Assembly: GCA_963841735.1 (NCBI GenBank)
Contig: CAWJDT010000001.1
Span: forward strand, 128,001-192,000
DNA from: an uncultured Actinomycetes bacterium
GTDB lineage: Bacteria; Actinomycetota; Thermoleophilia; RBG-16-64-13
Length of the DNA: 64,000 nucleotides
Direction of reading: 5' to 3'
The notes beneath the pieces were generated by a model, which made no database searches, was not told the DNA's origin, and saw only the letters and a list, made by a program, of their open reading frames with translations. Each line of letters starts with the position of its first letter. Within the stretch, counting starts at the first letter, position 1. This document shows positions 59,617 through 64,000 of the stretch, piece by piece. The translations under genes were made by a program, and so were the position numbers.

Positions 59617-61383
59617 TCAGGGCGTCGTCACGGTCGCAAGCATTCTCAGGTGCTCCGTAGCGACGCCATCTAGCTCGAGCGTGTCCGGATCGATAACGAC
59701 CCTGTAAACGTTCCTGGCCATGTCGACAGACACGAGCTCGTTTCTCACGTCGGCCACAACGGCCTCAGGATCTCGCTTGAACGGGTAGCCCAATCCAGCT
59801 CCGCCCGCGCCATGAACAACCACGTGGTCGCCCTTTATCACTTTGAGGGGCCGGTGCGGTTCGACGATATCTATCTTCTCGGAACCCCGAAGCACCCATC
59901 CTTTGTTGAGCGGGGTGGGAAGACCACCGTGTTGGCCCTCACTCGGTATTGTGAGGCCGGTCCAGGTGCCGCCGGTGAAGTTGGCGTCGCCGCCTTCATT
60001 CTCCGCTTCCCAATTGATCCCGGGCGCTCCGCGCCATTGCCCGGCGCCATGTGAATCGGTGCAGAACTCGTATTGATGGATGTGCCACGGGAACCGGGCC
60101 ATCTCCTCCTCGGCGTCCGACTTGCCGACCACCCCCAAGGTCCCCAAATCACACATGCATTGGTACCCGTCGTAGCCAGCCACAGCGCCCCCTCCGGCGA
60201 CGGCGCAGAATGAGGTGTACACATACAGGCCACTCCCATCAGGGTATTGCCCCATCACCGAAAGTGAATCCAAGGGACCGTAGGCGGCGATAGCCTTGTC
60301 GGGCAGGGCCTTAGAGAGCACAGACATGACCGACTCGATCACCAGTCCCCCGGTGATGGCCGGTCCCGCGGCGACCAACGCCCCGGGTTTGCAGTCCACC
60401 ACGGTCCCCTTGCGCGTCTTCACGTGGATCGGCTTCATGCTGCCTTCGTTGTGGTACGCGGCCAGGTCGCTACCCAAGAACAGAAAGGTCGTGCAAAGAG
60501 CGCAGCTGAGCGTTTGCTGATAGTAACTGTTGATCATTCCGGTGACTTGATCGTCACTCCTGGAGAAGTCCAAGAAGACGTCCCCGTCCTTGATAGTGAG
60601 GTCGCACCGAACGTGAACGGGTAGGTTCATGGTACAGCCGTCATCGTCGGTGGCCACATCCGTTGACCATTGTCCTTCCGGCCACTTGGCGATCTCGGCC
60701 CGTACCGCTCTTTCGGTGCGGTCGATCATCTCTCCCACGCTCGCAAGCACCGTTTCTTTGCCGTACTTGTCGAGTAGTTCGACCATCCGTTGCTCGGCAA
60801 CAGCCGTGCTGCCTAGCATCGAGGCGATCTCTCTGCGCATCATGTCGGGCAGCCGGTTGTTCTCCAGCACCAGATCCACCACGTCCTCGCGGAACTTGCC
60901 GTCCTCGAAGATCTTGATCATGGGGATGTTCAGCCCTTCGGCGATGGAGTCAAAAGCCAGAAAGTGGCTGCCGGGCCGCGCCCCGCCGGAGTCGGCGACG
61001 TGAGTGCCCATGCAGGTGAAGAACAGCAGCTCATCCTTGTAGAAGATCGGCCGGATGAAGCTCCAATCCGGCAGATGGATGGCCCCGTCCTTGGGGGAGT
61101 TGGTCAGATAGACGTCACCTGGCCTGATCTTGCCCGCAAACTTCTCCTTGACCCGCCTGATGGGGAAGCTCGAAGAGATCAACCGCGGCGGGAATCCTTC
61201 AGGTATCGCTATGGCCCTACCTTCGGCATCCCATATGCCGTACGCCATGTCGTGAAGCGTCACCACCAGCACGTTTGTCGCGGTGCGTTCGGCGGTGAAC
61301 CTCATCTCTCGACACACCCGCTGGATGTAGTGCCAGATTGTCGCGGTCGTGATCGGGTCGGTTTGAGCTGGCTGCGTCGACAC
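59617..61383 (-). CDS. Hydantoinase B/oxoprolinase family protein (paralog)
   Basis: Same motifs; highly similar to the adjacent gene. Confidence 0.92.
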   Translation of the reverse strand: MSTQPAQTDPITTATIWHYIQRVCREMRFTAERTATNVLVVTLHDMAYGIWDAEGRAIAIPEGFPPRLISSSFPIRRVKEKFAGKIRPGDVYLTNSPKDGAIHLPDWSFIRPIFYKDELLFFTCMGTHVADSGGARPGSHFLAFDSIAEGLNIPMIKIFEDGKFREDVVDLVLENNRLPDMMRREIASMLGSTAVAEQRMVELLDKYGKETVLASVGEMIDRTERAVRAEIAKWPEGQWSTDVATDDDGCTMNLPVHVRCDLTIKDGDVFLDFSRSDDQVTGMINSYYQQTLSCALCTTFLFLGSDLAAYHNEGSMKPIHVKTRKGTVVDCKPGALVAAGPAITGGLVIESVMSVLSKALPDKAIAAYGPLDSLSVMGQYPDGSGLYVYTSFCAVAGGGAVAGYDGYQCMCDLGTLGVVGKSDAEEEMARFPWHIHQYEFCTDSHGAGQWRGAPGINWEAENEGGDANFTGGTWTGLTIPSEGQHGGLPTPLNKGWVLRGSEKIDIVEPHRPLKVIKGDHVVVHGAGGAGLGYPFKRDPEAVVADVRNELVSVDMARNVYRVVIDPDTLELDGVATEHLRMLATVTTP

Positions 61384-61413
61384 TCTAGTTCTTCCCCTCG
61401 TCTAAAGCGAAGT

Positions 61414-63492
61414 TCACTCGCTGGGTGTGATTATGTAGTTGCCGAACGCATCGACCGCGCACACGCTGTGTGACGGGATGACAGTGGTCACGGTGGGCTC
61501 TTGGATTATCGCCGCGCCGTGGATCACGTTCCCTGACTCCAGCTTCTCCCCGTCATACACCGGGACCGGAGCGCACTCGCCCCCGAAGTAGCACTCTTTG
61601 GTCGCTATCAGCGCTTTGGAGGCGTCGACCGAGGCCATCTCCCGTCGTGGTATGGGCACCTTGACTGAAGCGATCTTCGCAGTCACACGCAGGTTGATCA
61701 TCTCCAGAGGCACCCAAGGAAGTGAGAAAGTGAAGAGCTCCTCGTGCAGGACGTGGAAGCGCTTCTCCATGTCCCTTATGTCGTCATCTGTGATCTCGTG
61801 GTCGGGGAGTTTGATCTCCAGCACGTGGTACTGCCCCTGATAGCGGACCTCGGCCGACTTCTCGACCACTAGGTCGTCGATCCCGACGTGGAACGCCTCG
61901 ACATCTCGGAGTGCCTCGTCGGCCATATCTCTGTAGAGTCTGTTGACCAGGGCCACGTCGGCCTTGTCCGTCCTGGCGAGGGAGGAGCGGACATAGTCTC
62001 GGCCTATGTCCAGGAAGAACATGCTCCAGGCGCAGAACGCCGAAGCATAGCGCGGCACTATGGTCCTGCGCACACCCAGGATCTGGGCCACAGAGGGTCC
62101 GCACAGAGGACCGCCGCCGCCGATAGCCAGCAGGCTGAAGTCGCGGACGTCGTAGCCCTTGTGGGTGGATATCTCCGCGGTCGCATCGGCCATCGTATGG
62201 TTGACCGTGGTGAAGACTGCCCCCGCAGCCTCCTCGATGTTCATGTGGAGGACGTCGGCGATCTTGCTCATGGCCTGGCGTGACAGTTCGGGCTGCAGTT
62301 TCAGCCTGCCGCCGTTGAAGTTGTCTGGGTCTATGTAACCCAGGATGACGGCGGCGTCGGTGACGGTGGGCTCCGTGCCGCCCCGCCCGAAACAGGCTGG
62401 CCCCGGCATGGCCGAGGCGCTCTGCGGACCGACCCGGAGCAGCCCCAAGGGGTCGATCCAGGCGATACTGCCACCCCCGGCCCCGACACTCATGACGTCG
62501 GCCACCTTGATGCCCAGGCGGTCGTCGTTAAGCCACTCGCCCACCTTGAGACTGACCTTGCGATCTTTCACCAAACTCGCATCCCACGTGGTGCCGCCCA
62601 TGTCCCCGATGATGAAGTTGTCTTCGCCGATAGTCTCGCCCAAATACGCCGCGCCCGCGGGGCCGGCGGCCGGCCCCGAACCGGTGAGATACACCGGCTT
62701 GGCGATCACGGCGTCAACAGACTGCACAAACTGGTTCGCCTGGACGACAAGCAACTGGTTGTCGAAACCGGCTTCTCTCAGCGAGGACTCGAGCTTCGTC
62801 AGGTACTTATTGACGATGGGACCCACGGCGGCGTTGATCACGCAAGTGCTTTCGCGCTCGTACTCACCCATCTTCGGAAGAAGCAGACTGGAACACGAGA
62901 TGAACACCCCGGGGAGTTCCTGAGCGCATATCTCCGCCGCTCGGATCTCGTTGGCGGAGTTGGCGTAGGAGTTGATGAAGCAGACCGCGAGAGCCTCGAT
63001 CTTCTGCTCCTTGATACGCTTTAGCACCGCGCGCAGCTCGTCCTCGTCAAGCGGGGTGACGATCTCTCCAGAAGCTTTCGTCATCTCGGACACGGTGAAA
63101 CGCAGCCGGCGCGGAACCAGTGGCTCGTACGGTGGGATGTAGGCCTCGTACATGGAGTGGGTCTCGATCTTGGCCGAGCGCCGCATCTCGATGATGTCCC
63201 TGAAACCCTTGGTGGTTATCAGGGCCGTCGGCGAGAGCTTCCTCTGCACCAAAGCATTCGTCGATACCGTCGTGCCGTGCACCAACCATTCCGTCTGTTG
63301 CAGGAGCTCTCGGGTGCTCAGCCCGAAGTATGCGGCGGCGTCCACTATCGTGTTCAGCACCCCTTCGGAGAAGTCCCCCGGAGTGGTGGGGGCTTTGAAC
63401 TGGTGCAGCTGGCCCTCTCCGTCGAGGACTACGCAGTCAGTGAAAGTCCCTCCAGTGTCAATGCATACTCTGTACATATGTATACGTCCCAT
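61414..63492 (-). CDS. Hydantoinase A/oxoprolinase family ATPase subunit
   Basis: DTGGTFTD, HGTT, SGPAAG, DMGGTT, GAGGGS, PTVTDA. Confidence 0.95.
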   Translation of the reverse strand: MGRIHMYRVCIDTGGTFTDCVVLDGEGQLHQFKAPTTPGDFSEGVLNTIVDAAAYFGLSTRELLQQTEWLVHGTTVSTNALVQRKLSPTALITTKGFRDIIEMRRSAKIETHSMYEAYIPPYEPLVPRRLRFTVSEMTKASGEIVTPLDEDELRAVLKRIKEQKIEALAVCFINSYANSANEIRAAEICAQELPGVFISCSSLLLPKMGEYERESTCVINAAVGPIVNKYLTKLESSLREAGFDNQLLVVQANQFVQSVDAVIAKPVYLTGSGPAAGPAGAAYLGETIGEDNFIIGDMGGTTWDASLVKDRKVSLKVGEWLNDDRLGIKVADVMSVGAGGGSIAWIDPLGLLRVGPQSASAMPGPACFGRGGTEPTVTDAAVILGYIDPDNFNGGRLKLQPELSRQAMSKIADVLHMNIEEAAGAVFTTVNHTMADATAEISTHKGYDVRDFSLLAIGGGGPLCGPSVAQILGVRRTIVPRYASAFCAWSMFFLDIGRDYVRSSLARTDKADVALVNRLYRDMADEALRDVEAFHVGIDDLVVEKSAEVRYQGQYHVLEIKLPDHEITDDDIRDMEKRFHVLHEELFTFSLPWVPLEMINLRVTAKIASVKVPIPRREMASVDASKALIATKECYFGGECAPVPVYDGEKLESGNVIHGAAIIQEPTVTTVIPSHSVCAVDAFGNYIITPSE

Positions 63493-63572
63493 GTCGCTTC
63501 GTTTGTGAGGGCCCGCGCCCTGCCTGACGGCAGAGCGCGGGCCCCGGTGTCGCCAAGAAGGGTGCTGTGACT

Positions 63573-64000
63573 CTAGAACTGCCTCGGCCAGGGCTCCACG
63601 CCCGGACGGCCGGGGTACTTGGCGGCCACAGCTGCAACGCCGGGGCTGTCCAAAGCCATGAGATGACCGTTGTCATACACCACCGTGTCGCCCATCTTGA
63701 GCGACGGGTTGCGGATGTCGCCGGTGACGTGCATGTAATACGGGTACTTCTCGTTCGACGGCGGCGCCCCGATGTGTACGTGCAGGTCGCAGCTGTGTGA
63801 GTGCTCTATGATGCGGCGGTGCAGGACGTTGGGGCACTGATGCGGCGCCACGCTGGCCTGCGGATGCACACCGAAGTGGAAGACGTTGAAGTCGTACACT
63901 CCTTCGCCCACCCGTGGCTTCATCTCCTCTAAGAAACGCTTCAGGGCCTGCGCTTCCCAGCCACCCTCGATCGCCTTGATCTTGGTGTCCTCGATGACCA
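63573..64000 (-). CDS. C-terminal part of an M29 aminopeptidase/NicX-like metalloprotein (5' end outside window)
   Basis: IKAIEGGWEA...FHFGVHP...HSHSCDLHVHIG...H.TG...DNGHL. Confidence 0.55.
   Translation of the reverse strand, partial: VIEDTKIKAIEGGWEAQALKRFLEEMKPRVGEGVYDFNVFHFGVHPQASVAPHQCPNVLHRRIIEHSHSCDLHVHIGAPPSNEKYPYYMHVTGDIRNPSLKMGDTVVYDNGHLMALDSPGVAAVAAKYPGRPGVEPWPRQF

Overview
High-GC (about 63% by eye) bacterial window, most consistent with an anaerobic Actinomycetota, Thermoleophilia/Coriobacteriia-like. This is inferred from the tRNA-Tyr/Thr/Met-rpmG-tRNA-Trp-secE-nusG-rplK-rplA order, Thr-rich lipoprotein linkers and CWB2 surface proteins. Bases 1-2.9 kb are core translation genes. 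The remaining ~61 kb is a dense anaerobic catabolic region. It holds three alpha/beta pairs of pyrogallol-transhydroxylase-family Mo-bisPGD enzymes and one Tat-less acetylene-hydratase-clade Mo/W enzyme with FeS and NrfD partners. It also holds a 3-hydroxyacyl-CoA dehydrogenase/BKACE/SDR operon resembling phloroglucinol catabolism, a thiolase, IorAB plus an ADP-forming acyl-CoA synthetase, and an LVIVD protein. A methyl-transfer/lactam-hydrolysis module follows (LigM/GcvT-like, two URO-D-like, a corrinoid protein, hydantoinase A+B+B, Liv-type ABC importer), with IclR/FadR/MarR/GntR regulators. Non-coding signals seen directly include a ~65-bp promoter/operator shared by two Mo-enzyme operons 9.7 kb apart, a 4x20-bp phased palindrome array between marR and a Mo-enzyme gene, and two tandem CWB2 genes sharing a near-identical anchoring tail. 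Several genes carry single-base frameshifts, most likely long-read errors. No CRISPR array, integrase, transposase or rRNA was found. Functional assignments come from motif recognition and memory of the families, not from database searches.
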